Positions 1 to 10,995 of a DNA stretch of 64,000 nt are shown in pieces. Numbering within the stretch: position 1 is the first letter of the stretch; every line of letters begins with the position of its first letter. The notes beneath the pieces are model-generated. The model saw nothing but the letters and a program-made list of their open reading frames with translations, did no database searches and was not told where the DNA came from. The position numbers were made by a program, and so were the translations under genes. Source of the stretch: Vicugna vicugna (taxonomy: Eukaryota); the NCBI GenBank assembly GCA_013265495.1, contig MU058463.1, positions 2,255,523 to 2,319,522 on the forward strand, read 5' to 3'.

Positions 1-309
1 GACCACTATGCCATGAAGTTCTCCCTGACCACCAAGTCAGCCATGAAGAAGACAGAAGACAACAACACACTTGTGTTCACTGTGGATGTCAAGGCCAGCA
101 AGCACCAGATCAAACAGGCTGTGAAGAAGCTCTATGACATTGACGTGGCTAAGGTCAATACCCTGATCAGGCCTGATGGAGAGACGAAGGCATATGTACG
201 ACTGGCTCCTGACTATGATGCTTTGGATGTTGCCAACAAAACTGGAATCATCTAAACTCAGCCCAGCTGGCTAATTCTAAATATAAAAATTTTCACTAAA
301 AAAAAAAAA
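1..309 (+). pseudogene. RPL23A: RPL23A processed pseudogene (3' part; 5' end outside window), antisense within NDFIP2 intron 1
   Basis: Translates to [26 protein letters not shown]...[10 protein letters not shown], the RPL23A C-terminal half with one codon deleted and about 8 substitutions. Intronless, short 3'UTR, poly(A) at 298-309. Confidence 0.95.
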
Positions 310-325
310 GAAATAGTGAACTCTA

Positions 326-541
326 CAAAATTTGTAGATACTGACAGGCATATGCAGAATAGATAAGATTATACTGTATAGCACAGGGAAATATATACAA
401 GATCTTGTGGTAGCTCACAGCGAAAAAAATGTCACAATGAATATATGTATGTTCATGTATAACAGAAAAATTGTGCTCTACACTGGAACTTGACATAATA
501 CTGTAAAATGACTATAACTCAATAAAAAATGTTTAAAAAAA
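326..541 (+). mobile_element. 5'-truncated L1 3'UTR fragment (young, lineage-specific) with TSD
   Basis: Artiodactyl-type L1 3' end (TATACTGTATAGCACAGGG...ACTATAACTCAATAAAAAA), flanked by perfect direct repeat GAAATAGTGAACTCTA at 310-325 and 542-557. Confidence 0.88.
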
Positions 542-586
542 GAAATAGTGAACTCTAGGCTAATGATAAGCATATGGTTTATAGTG

Positions 587-678
587 AGGTACACTGATAT
601 CTGCAACTTACTTTGTAAGCATCAAAAAATAACAGGTACACTGATATCTGCAACTTACTTTGTAAGCATCAAAAAATA
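587..678. repeat. Perfect 45-bp tandem duplication (period 47) inside an old L1M 3'-end remnant (~587-800)
   Basis: AGGTACACTGATATCTGCAACTTACTTTGTAAGCATCAAAAAATA at 587-631 and 634-678. Confidence 0.9.
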
Positions 679-1348
679 CACAATGACACAAATAAAACAA
701 ATTATTAGTCACTGCAGAACCCATAACTGGCATATGGTCTATGGGAGAACTGTACAATTCTTTCAACCTTTGTATATATTTGAAAGTTTTCATATTAAAT
801 GGAGGGAAGGAGGGTGAATTCAGTAAGAGGCCACTGAAGATTTTTTGAGCAAAGAAATGAACATCAAATATATATTCTACAAATATAATTCATGCAGTGT
901 AAATAATACACTGAAGGATGGTCAGATGAAGGAAGAAAGTGGTAAGCAGGCGATTACCATAATCCATGCCACAGAAAGCACCAACATTTAAGGACGTGTA
1001 CAAAGTGAGTTCATGCAGAGAAGTCAGAGAAGTTCAGAGTAGAAAACTCCTTCGTATCAGGAATTAGGAAGGACTTTCAAGGAGAAAGTCCACAGTGCCA
1101 ATGTAAAAGAAATTAAGCAAGAAGAAAAGTACCTATTAGGTTAAGCACTGGAAAATGTTGCTGATGTAAAAGAGGCGTGGTAAGAATGTAAACCAGATAA
1201 AGGATATGGATAAGTTCAAAGGAATCTAGCTGAGCCAAGAGAAGAAGGCAGTAACTAGAGAGCAATAAACTGCAATACTTCTTTAAAATGGAAAACAAAA
1301 GTAAACAACTGCACCTAAAAATCACTTTTTGTTATTTCATCCAGAACA

Positions 1349-2531
1349 TGTACTACTGGGTAAGGCAGTCCGCCATGGGCCTGAGTGTCCCTGCACATTC
1401 TTGTTGAGTGTGACAGTCTGTAAAGCTTATCTAGTTCATGACTGAGAGGATTCTTATAGTAAGTCACTTAGGCAACAAAGAAGGTCAAGGTTACCACAGC
1501 ACACAACTGCCCCCCTAAGGAGAGGTAAACTAGCTTGCTTGTTGTCTGCTACAATTTAAAAATCGATTTAAAAAAAAAAAGTGCTGGATTCTTGGTCCTG
1601 GTTCCTCAGCTGTGACCCACCATGTGCATCCATCTAGACTCATCACCCTCATGAGACCTGGTTACAAGGAAAACTGCTGGGAAACAAGCTGCTGGAAAAC
1701 GAACAGCTGGAAAACAAGCCGCACCTAAATTTCCATGAGCTTAAAATATTATATTCACACTAGCTTGCTTAAAATGCACATGCTTGCTTTGTTTTAATGT
1801 TTTATGCAGTAGATGACCTATAGCATATATTATGCTAAAGAAAATTTGTGGTGAGCAATCCTGAGATTGACCATAAGGGCACGAAGGAGGGCAGATATTT
1901 CCTTAGGGTAAAACAATGGACGGTCCTGGAAAGACAGATCATCCATTAACAGAACTTTGTTCTGGCATGAAAGCGTGTGGTTAAGCCCAGGGGAAATATT
2001 TGCTATCTCAAGATGTCCCGTAGGCAATAACAGGGTAGATTTAGAAATTCTGCATAACCCAAGGAGGGTGATTGCTCCTGGAAGGGATAGGTCTGAAATT
2101 AATCAGTTACTCAGCAAGCAGAACTTAGTGCTCATCGCATGGAATATCTAAAGCCTCACCTCTTTGATCACATTTTTTTTCTGAGCTGTATACTCCTAAT
2201 AAATATGATGTTGACCAGGCTTTCAGGACTCTGGATCCACGAGATCTTGAGTCCCCTGGTCCCATCTTTGCTCTTTACTTTGTCTGTTTGTTTCTTAAGT
2301 CTTGCGTCGCCTGTCCTCAGGCATGGTCCCAAGCTGCGCTGGACGCAGCAGAAAACCATCACAAATGTGCTGACTTTCATGAGTCTGTAGTGCTATGAGT
2401 AATGACATCATTTGTTTCTGACCTGGGAGTCTCCCGTTTTTCTGCCAGGAACCATGAAACATTAACAGACTAACTAGTAGCTTGTAAATATGGTAAAATC
2501 AAATCTTAAGACTTTTTCCGAGCTCTCGACA
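1349..2531 (+). mobile_element. Old ERVL-class LTR (MER74/MER54-like), split by a younger LTR
   Basis: Starts TG...GGTAAGGCAGTCCGCCATGGGCC. Ends with the recalled MER74-type tail TCTGACCTGGGAGTCTC...GGTAAAATC...CTCGACA. Halves at 1349-1674 and 2357-2531. Confidence 0.65.
1675..2350 (+). mobile_element. Solo ERV LTR (676 bp), probably class II / betaretrovirus-like
   Basis: Inverted termini TGCTG...CAGCA, perfect 6-bp TSD GAAAAC (1669-1674, 2351-2356), AATAAA at 2198-2203. Confidence 0.85.
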
Positions 2532-3724
2532 TGGACAACAAAGAACTAGTTGATATTCACGTTGCTAAATGAAACAAGAGGCAAAAAGGTAGTCACCAGC
2601 AAAAATTGAAATATATACAATATTTGATAGTTTAGTAACCTTACATTATTCATAATATTTATCATTCTATATTTACATATACAGTCTCTATACTACATCT
2701 TTTATATTTATTACATTATATAATTCCCATATGAGGAAACAGGCTTCAAGATGCTAGATAACTAAGCCAATGGCTGACAAACGGTCAACAGTTGAACCTA
2801 AATATGAGCACAGAAGACTTTAAAAGGTGTGGGGTTATTTAATTATCAATAGTCAACCTCCTTCTCAGCTGATTTATCAAAGGCAACTCTAATTCACCAT
2901 ATATAAAGGCAAAGTATATCATCACAGTATGAATACTTCATTATTTTTATAGAAAAACTAACGTCTTGGTTTTCCTTAAAAATCTGTGGTCAAAGTTTAG
3001 AAAGAACTAGGTGTAACAAATCCAAACCACCATCTTTACTGCAGAATATCTCATGGTTTTAACATGAAAATACATTTTCATATGCTTATATACATTATAA
3101 ATCTTCTAAGACCATCTATTAACATCATTCTGAAATCTACTCTAAGCCAAGTCAACTACTTCATAGTTGGGCAACATTGTCCATTTCCTACCCAAAAAAC
3201 TGAATTTCCCATAACACAGTGGACCTACATATCATACCTGGCTTTTTCTGAAATTAGAAGGGTACCAAATCAAGGCTTTTCTATTTGTACCTGTATATCA
3301 TTATCACTGCTTTACTCAACAAACTTCAGACACTTTTAATAACGGAGGAGAAAAAGAAACCACAGAAAAAGCAGTTTCCACCTAAAGCTTGTGAACTGGT
3401 TAATGGTAGTAAGTCATTCTGAGGGTCCCGGGCATCACTGTTAACTTATCAATATGGAGACCTAAATTTTAACCCTATCAGTAAGTGAAAAATTAATATA
3501 ACATCATGTACCATTTCACTCCCAAATATGTCTTCCTATCTCCTACTTGGTTATCTCTAAACATTCAACAACTGAAATTGCTTATCACTCAAGTTTATTC
3601 AGCATTCCAGAGTTAAAAAAAAAAAAACTGAGCTAAAGGCACCACACAACAGTTGTATTCATCATATAAGCCATATAAGCCAGAGCTACTGACTGGTCCC
3701 TAGCTTACCGGAAACCAACTAAGA

Positions 3725-3847
3725 TTTTTCTTTCTTTCTCTCTTTCTTTCTCTTTCTCTCTTTCTCTCTTCCTCTCTCTCTCTCTCTTTCTCTCTTTCTC
3801 TTTCTTTCTTTTTCTTTCTTTCTTTCCTTCCTTCCTTTTCTTTTTTT
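3725..3847. repeat. (TC/TTTC)n pyrimidine microsatellite
   Basis: About 120 bp of only T and C; source of the K/E/R-rich ORF 3705-3923. Confidence 0.95.
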
Positions 3848-4007
3848 GCCCTCTGCTCTGCTCCACCCATTCAAAGTCTAAGGATACATCTCCAGCAGTT
3901 TGGGGGGAGGGAAGCAGAAGCATACACCTGTAATATACCTAGAATACACCTAGATACAGTTATTGATCAGGCCATTCTCAACAAAACCAAGAGTTATACT
4001 AGTCAGA

Positions 4008-4097
4008 GGGAAGAATAACAGCATAGTAACAGAGCACGTGCTTAGTATGCACAGGGTCCTGGGTTCAATCCCCAATACCTCCATTAGAAAAATAAAA
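4008..4097 (+). mobile_element. tRNA-derived camelid SINE (Vic-1-like), diverged
   Basis: B-box GGGTTCAATCCC, A-rich tail, TSD AGTTATACTAG(T/A)CAGA at 3992-4007 and 4098-4113. Confidence 0.85.
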
Positions 4098-4684
4098 AGT
4101 TATACTAGACAGATGAAATTACTATGTAATTACACAGGAACAGGAATTAAAATCCAAATTTAAACTTTGCTAAATTCTCAAACACTTTGCCTTACAAGGA
4201 AAACAAATTGATGTCCTACCTACTTAAAGCAAGAAGTAACCTTAGACAGATTTTTGCCCTCTGCTCTGAAGGAATGCCTCCACCCATTCAAAGTCTATGT
4301 AGGACACATCTTCAGTTTAAAGAAAAAAAAAAGGCAATAAAATATGATATTGTTCACTTATTTTGAAAGGAATTTGTAGAGAAAAAGAAAGTATCTTAAA
4401 ACTGACAAAGCAATTTCCAATATTTTGGTGTTAGGAATTCCTAAAAATAATTATTAAGTCAACTAATCATAACTAGTGAGAGCAAATACGACACTATAAT
4501 AAATTACTTGAAGGCACGGATACATAAAAATGTTTTGGGTAGTGATTTGCGTAAGAGAACATGGTTGATTCTGATCAGCAAAACCCCCAAAGAACAATTC
4601 GAATCAGCTAACACAATTAAAGGAAAGAAACAGGAACAGGAAAGAAAGAGATTAGAGAAAGAAACAAGATCCCACCCCCCAAAA

Positions 4685-4840
4685 GGGGGGGTAGGGTATA
4701 GAGCCCAGTGGTATACTGCATGCCTAGCATACACGAGGCCCTGGGTTCAACTGCCAGTACCTCCATTAAAAAATTAATAAATAAACCTAATTACCAACCC
4801 TCCCCAACAAAATAAAATAAATCAATACAATTTTAAAAAA
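4685..4840 (+). mobile_element. tRNA-derived camelid SINE (Vic-1-like)
   Basis: GGGTATAG..CAGTGGTA...CTGGGTTCAA...ACCTCCATTAAAAA...AAACCTAATTACC; TSD approx AAAGAAACAAG(A)TCCCAC on both sides. Confidence 0.85.
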
Positions 4841-6159
4841 GAAACAAGTCCCACTGGTAACAGTATTCATATTTACCTACTGCATTTTACTTTTGCTAAC
4901 ATCTGCGAAAACAGGAATGCCTTTATTAAAAAAAAAAAAATCAAACCACCGAAAGTGTATACACAGACAACTTGAAAATGCATTCCCATACTGCAGCAAT
5001 ATTTTCCAAACTGTTCTGGAAAAAAACTGATAAACTTTCACAGAATTCAGAATATACATCATTTGGAGGTTTTACCAGATGTAAACCAGATGAAATGGAA
5101 GCACCATGAGCTTTTATCTTAGGGAAAAAATGCCAAATTACACATGTTGGGGTTTCACCCTTCAGTAGCCTTCATATTTCTCAAAACACACACTAATAGA
5201 AATTCTTAGTTCGCAACTAAGTCTCATCTGTGCAAATAGATTTAACAGGTGAAACCTGCACTAACAAATCTACATTTGCAAATTTCACAAGCAGTACTAT
5301 TAATTGCACCACAGGAGCGACTATTAACATTTTTCTCCTCTCCCTCAGTAAATAGGTTTAACTAAATTACCACCTCAAAGTTTACAGAATAACATGCTAC
5401 CTAGCTGCAATAAACACCTATTGCTGAGTCCTTTTTCTAAAATAGGGTTTACAATAGGACTCTCCAATGACAACACCACAATACTAGGGAAAAAAATCTA
5501 TCAGAAAAACTGACACGGAAAATACAGAGGGTCACTTTTCATTCAGTTCAACATACAAAGGTCTATATGGTTAAACTGGAAAACCTTGTATTTAAGGAAA
5601 ATAATTTTTCAAACAAGATTAGGAATTTTTTCTAGTAAATTTTCCTCTGTTCCCCGTCCAGCCAATGGAATTATTTTTAAAAAGCGATAGGGAAAAAGAG
5701 TAGTCACTTTTAATTCTGACAAAATGACAAGGTTAACTAGAGCTGAGACAAGATCAGTCCCACGACTATTCTGCACAGTTGCACAACCTTTAAACCCACG
5801 TATTTTTACTAAATCCATATCCCACCCTACGTAATGCTTACATCTCCCTCTTCCCCACCCACTCCATCTATGACGGCGATCACCTTCCCAGCAGGTATGC
5901 GAACTCAGCACCATTTCCAGCACACAATCCACGGGAATATCTCTGAAGGGGCTGGATCAGGGAATAACGAAATGACCGAGAGTGAGACATACAACAGAAG
6001 TTTTAAAGGGAGGGGTAGGGTGTAGGGTGCGGGTGAGGGATACGGAGCTAGAAGGAGACTTGAGTCGAGAGGGAAGGGTCTCAAAGGAGTCACAGGCAGG
6101 CTCCATCCAAGGGGTGTGAAGGAAGCAAGGTCCTGCCAGAAGAGCCAAAAATAAATCAG

Positions 6160-6860
6160 CCAGCACGTCCCCTCCGGGAATAACTCAGGAAAGGGACTCT
6201 CGGGGCCGCAGTGAGAGGCAATCCCGGGGTCCCCGGCGGCGCTGGAGGCCCGGGCTGGGGCCAAGGAACTCACCACCTGGTAGCGGCCAGTCCCGGGCTG
6301 GTGATGATCCATCCTGCCCGGCTCGGGACCTGGCTTCCGAGCGGGCGAGTCCCCTCGGCGCTCAGCCCCCTCGGTCACCCTAGTCGACGACGACGTCGCC
6401 GCAGCGACCCTTCCGCCTCTGTTCCCCGCGCCGCGGTCGCCCGGCCGGGCCGCCTCACTTCCCGTCGCTGCCGCAGAAGCCGCGGAAACCTCCGCGTCGG
6501 CCGCTGCTCGGGGGAAAAGCTCCGGGGCGCCGCGCGCGCTACTGAGCATGCTCGGGATGGTCGCGCATGCTCGCAGGGTCCTCCGGCGGCCCATCCGCGT
6601 CGCGAGTCGAGGGGGGTTAGCTGGGTGGGAGGAGATGGAAAAGTCAGGAAAGTCCGGGGGAGCTGTGTAGGTTGTCAGCCAGTCGGGAGTGGGCGGTGGC
6701 AAAAGGAGGGCGAAAAAAGTCACCGTCCTTGATTGGTGTTTTCTGTTGGACGGGTTTCGCGCAGGCACAGTCACACAGCACAGAGACAGATGTGGAGGCG
6801 AGAAGGGACGCATTCCTAGAACACCTGAGAACAGATCACGCTGTCACCCAGTCGTCCTCT
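6160..6860. promoter_or_regulatory. NDFIP2: CpG island / NDFIP2 promoter
   Basis: High GC and CpG density around exon 1; GC box GGGCGG (~6691), CCAAT on the minus strand (GATTGG 6731-6736), NRF1-like CGCGCATGCTCG (6562-6573). Confidence 0.88.
6274..6594 (-). CDS. NDFIP2: Nedd4 family-interacting protein 2, coding exon 1 (107 codons, phase 0); gene continues left beyond the window
   Basis: MGRRRTLRACATIPSMLSSARGAPEL...RKPGPEPGRMDHHQPGTGRYQV matches the human NDFIP2 N-terminus (MARRRSQRVCASGPSMLNSARGAPEL...GRMDHHQPGTGRYQV). Donor GTGAGT at 6273-6268. Synteny with RBM26. Confidence 0.95.
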
Positions 6861-8214
6861 TAGTGCTCACGCAGCCTAGAACAATGCGGAGAGATCCATT
6901 TCTAGGACATTCCTAAAATGCTTATTAAAAATCATTCGTGAGATAAGGGATATCTTTTTAAGGTTTTTGTTTTTGTTTTAGGGGGGTGTTTTTAGGTCTG
7001 GGTGAGGTTGTCTCCATGGTAGTGAGAGATTTAAGGATTCAGCAGGGACTCTTTAGCGGTATTCATGTATCTCGCCAAGGAACGAGGCTTCTAGAGCCAT
7101 AGGTCACTGGAAGAATACAAGAAAATAATGAAAGAATACAGGACTTTTGTGGTCATATTCACATCAATAATTGCGAAGGGTTTAACAGTAAGGAATCACT
7201 TTGTGTGCAACGTTGTAAGACTATCTCACTATCTAGTAAACCACACACGACCTACTACGTGTGTCTCCGACAGGGCACACAGCGTGTTTCTCTAGCAAGT
7301 TAAAGTATGATGGGGCAACGTAAATTACTCTTTAACCCAAAGACCTGCTTTCTATACCCTGAAAACTATGAACTCACATGATCTGTCTCAGCTTTCTTTT
7401 TCACTTCACTTCAGTCTTGAATCACCAAAGGAGATTCCTGGAGTGAAGAAGCCTGCTGGATAAGCCTGATCGCCTAGTTAAAATAGCAAAAACTATTTTA
7501 ACTATTTTAAAAACAATGAGACAGAAACTCAGTGAGAGATCACCAGCTGAATAAATGTAAGCTTTCCTGATAGTTTTATTCAAAGCATTGATCAGTTTCT
7601 CCTCTTTTTGCCATCTGGACACATCCCATGGTAGAGAGCATTTTAATAGGCTAACAACAATAAGAGGTAATGATATTGTCATAGTTAAATGTCTTTAAAC
7701 TTGCTTTCTTTGGATCTAATTTAATATATTTTAGATTCTAAGCTAATAAACATGACACTTTACTGTATTACTGTGGAAGAGCTCACTCTCACAATTTCAC
7801 CCCGAATAGTATCACCTTCAATGTTCAAAACAACAACCAGTGTCAGCAAAATGAAATTAGATTCCTGCATCACTTATGGTCTATACGGTTCATTTAGAAC
7901 TTAATTTTATATGCAGTTGTACTTTCATTAATCATTTATATGTCCATTTGTTTTTCAGATAGACTACTGTTCGGGAGAGAGGCCATTTTTCACACTTAAT
8001 GCACCCAGAACTGTAATGAGAACATAACGGTGACAACCAAAAACCTGGCGGAAAGCAGACATCCTAAACCTTGTTAGAGTAACAAATTCTTTCAGTTTTA
8101 CTCTCCTCCCAAGTTTTGCGAACATTTTGCTAATCCTAAGACCAGGTGACAAAATTCAACAGGAAAGTGTCTTTTTAGTGAAGCGGAGGAAGAGAAAGAG
8201 GAGAAAGAAATAGA

Positions 8215-8400
8215 ATAACAGCTAATAGATATTGAGCCCTTCCCAAGCCAGGAACTGCATGTGTTATATCTTTTCATCCTCACAGTAACTCCATGATGTA
8301 GGCACGATTATAATCCTGGTTTAACAAATCAGGATGTTAAAGCTCTAAGAGGTTCAGGAACTTGTCCGAAGCCAAATCACTGGTAAGTGGTGACAGATTC
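8215..8400 (-). mobile_element. MIR SINE remnant
   Basis: AATAACAGCTAAT...TCCTCACAGTAACTCCATGATGTAGG...GAGGTTCAGGAACTTGTCC MIR core. Confidence 0.7.
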
Positions 8401-8995
8401 CAAGCCTTCACTATATTAAGCACCATGGTATAACACACCGCTAAAACACGCAAACAAAGAAAATAACCCTTGTCTCTTTCTGTCCACTACTACTGTGAAA
8501 CTTCTGAAGAAGACCAATAAATAAATAACTGACTAAATAAAAATGAAAATGAAAATACTGATGCATTGCAAAAGCCAGTCTGACTTCCTTAAATGCCACC
8601 TCCTTGATCTGTAAGAGATAAAGGTTCCTTTCTGATCATCCCCTAAAGAGCCATTCTGAGTTCCTTTTGCCCATTTCACAACTAAGCCAGTGTGACCTGT
8701 AAGGGGCCATCACAAGCAGAGGCCCTGAGTTCTAATAGAAGCAACTTACTTGAGATGAAATGGGGGTTATGATATTCTTACCGATGTTAGAGGCCTTAAA
8801 CAAAACTCGGTGTTTTCCATCTTAATCTTTTGGGGGTGACAAGTGCAGGGACCTAAGGCACTGCAGGTAGTCTACCACTATAAACGCAAGTGGAATTTTA
8901 GAATTATAGTGCACGTCATAACACCTCTTGTTCTGGCCTAATCAGTATTCATCTCCAAATACAGAGCCACCAGAAATTTTACTAGTGCCACACTG

Positions 8996-9389
8996 CAGTA
9001 TTGGGTCAGACATGGAGATAAGGCATCTGGATTCCCTGTCAAGAAAGCACACACTGCCTAGCTGCCATCCAGCTGTTCGTTTGGTTGCGGTTTCCTTCAG
9101 CTTTCAACCTTGAGGCCATACTATTTTTCAGAGTGGCAACCTGCTGTTGACTAAACAAGGCAGTGGTGCAGATCTCGCCACTTTTGCGTGACATTGGACC
9201 CCTTTAAGGGGCAATCTTTGCTTCAGAGCCACCTGCTGAACGGGCAGAGATTTCTGTCAACTCCGCCATATGTTGTGACAACTCTCCCTGCCCAATCCTT
9301 TTTGCTTTCACAGATGTTAACTCCCCAGTAAACTCTTGCACTCATAACTTCACATCAGCATTTGCTTCCTCAAGAACCGGACGTAGACA
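8996..9389 (+). mobile_element. Old ERVL LTR (LTR16-like)
   Basis: 3' end CTGCCCAATCC...CACAGATGTT...AGTAAACTCTTGCAC...TGCTTCC...GACA resembles recalled LTR16-type consensus. Confidence 0.55.
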
Positions 9390-9400
9390 AGTACCACGAT

Positions 9401-9868
9401 TGTCAACTGAAAGGAAAACACACAACGTACAAGCTGTGAGTGAAGGTTCACCCAGGGAGCTTTCTGAGCACCAGAGCCCTGAGAGAGACAGCCTCTCAAG
9501 TAGCTCTGAGGAACTGCTCCAAAGCGGTAAGGGAGGAGCCAGGATACCTATGAGGTGTTTTTGCTGGGAAAAACAGATAATCAAGCATAAAAAGATTACT
9601 GCTAATCACAAAGAGCAGACATCTCAAGTTAAAATGATTTTAATGCTTGTCTTATGTATGGGAAGATGTAAGAATCTGGATTCATTTGAAATGTTTCTTT
9701 AGGCATGCATCTTAACTATCGGAAGGCTAGCATATCCAAAGCACAGAACATTCTCTGTTTTTCTCCATCTGAGTTGCCCTCAGGGCACACTGTCAGGGGA
9801 CAACTGCGGTGGCTAATGGCTTGATGCTTGTAGAACTGGAAAGGCAGGCAGCATTGTTTTTCTTTACA
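9401..9868 (-). mobile_element. ERV1 solo LTR (MER41-like, artiodactyl type)
   Basis: TG...CA termini (TGTCAACTGA...CTTTACA), 4-bp near-TSD CGAT/AGAT, internal GACAGCCTCTCA..TAGCTCTGAGGAACTGCTCCAAAG recalled from MER41-related LTRs. Confidence 0.7.
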
Positions 9869-10274
9869 AGATGTAAAGTGATAGAACATTATTATTATCA
9901 AGAGTGTGTTAAATGACTGCAACTATCCTTTCACATAACTGATATTTCATCTCCAGAATAACCCTCAGTGCCCTCCGTGGTCACCATTTTCTCACGTGGG
10001 CCTAAGGTATCTACAGCCTTCTCGTTAAGAATGACTTTGATTTTGTCCTTTAGAATGATGCTGTCAGGCCAAGTCACAGGGACCCCTTTGCCTGGCTATA
10101 CTTCCCATTGGGAATCCCTCTTACTTTCGCAGAAGCAGAGGCATTCCCTCCAGAGGTAAACTGATTTTTTTTTAATCATTCTCCATAATCTCCACTTACT
10201 TCTAACAAGGTATGCTAAACTGTGTACACATGTGCCAGGATTTTTGTTGAGATTCCCACCAGTTAAAGAGCAGT

Positions 10275-10387
10275 AAAACGAATATATGTATGTGTATGTA
10301 TGACTGAAGTATTATGCTGTACGCCAGAAATTGACCATACATCAATTTACATTGTAAACTGACTATACATCAATTAAAAAAAAAATA
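10275..10387 (+). mobile_element. Short L1 3'-end insertion with TSD
   Basis: ATGCTGTACGCCAGAAATTGAC...ATTGTAAACTGACTATAC plus poly(A); TSD AAAGAGCAGT at 10265-10274 and 10388-10397. Confidence 0.8.
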
Positions 10388-10995
10388 AAAGAGCAGTGGA
10401 CATGCCATTGCCTGCAGATGACCATCTACATAGGCCTAAATCAGAGGCAGGCAAATGGTCCAAATTTTCTTACTTCTTCAGTGATTTTGAGTTTTTATAT
10501 CACTTCCTCTACAACATGGAACATACAACATGAAAGCACTGCTCAAGTGGCTCCTGATGGTTAATGTGAGCACAGGTCCTAATAGTTGATTGCATTTGGA
10601 ATATGTATGATTTTGTATGTTTATCTGGAGAATGATTGAAAAGCAAGAAAATCGCATTCTCTACCTGAAGATTTCAATCTCTACCTAATAAAAATTCACT
10701 AGTAGATTTTAGAAAACAGAAGAAACCATTTTCATTTCAGTAAATGACAATAAGCATAATTATTACTGCAGTTTTATCTCTCTTACCACGTATGTGGATC
10801 TTTTAAGCAGTTTGTAGGCTTGGACTTCAATTTAGCTTCACATAGTGTTCCTTATTTAGCTGGTTCTGAAATTCCTGTCATCTGCTCAGCTCTATAATTT
10901 TAGAGAGGAAGTCTTCTAAAGTGAGCAATTTGACAATCAGGTATCTACTTCCTTGGCCTCTTTATTCTCATCCAGTATGTTGGAAGAATCTAAAA

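Noticed and set aside
13..255. Functional RPL23A gene
   Set aside because: Intronless with a genomic poly(A) and many substitutions in a near-invariant protein; the ATG at 13 is a mutation product.
587..678. CRISPR-like direct repeats
   Set aside because: Two units with a 2-bp gap in a mammalian L1 remnant; no spacers or cas genes.
5905..6813. 302-aa minus-strand ORF as a complete gene
   Set aside because: Only 6594-6274 matches NDFIP2. The rest is read-through into the promoter and past the GTGAGT donor into intron 1.
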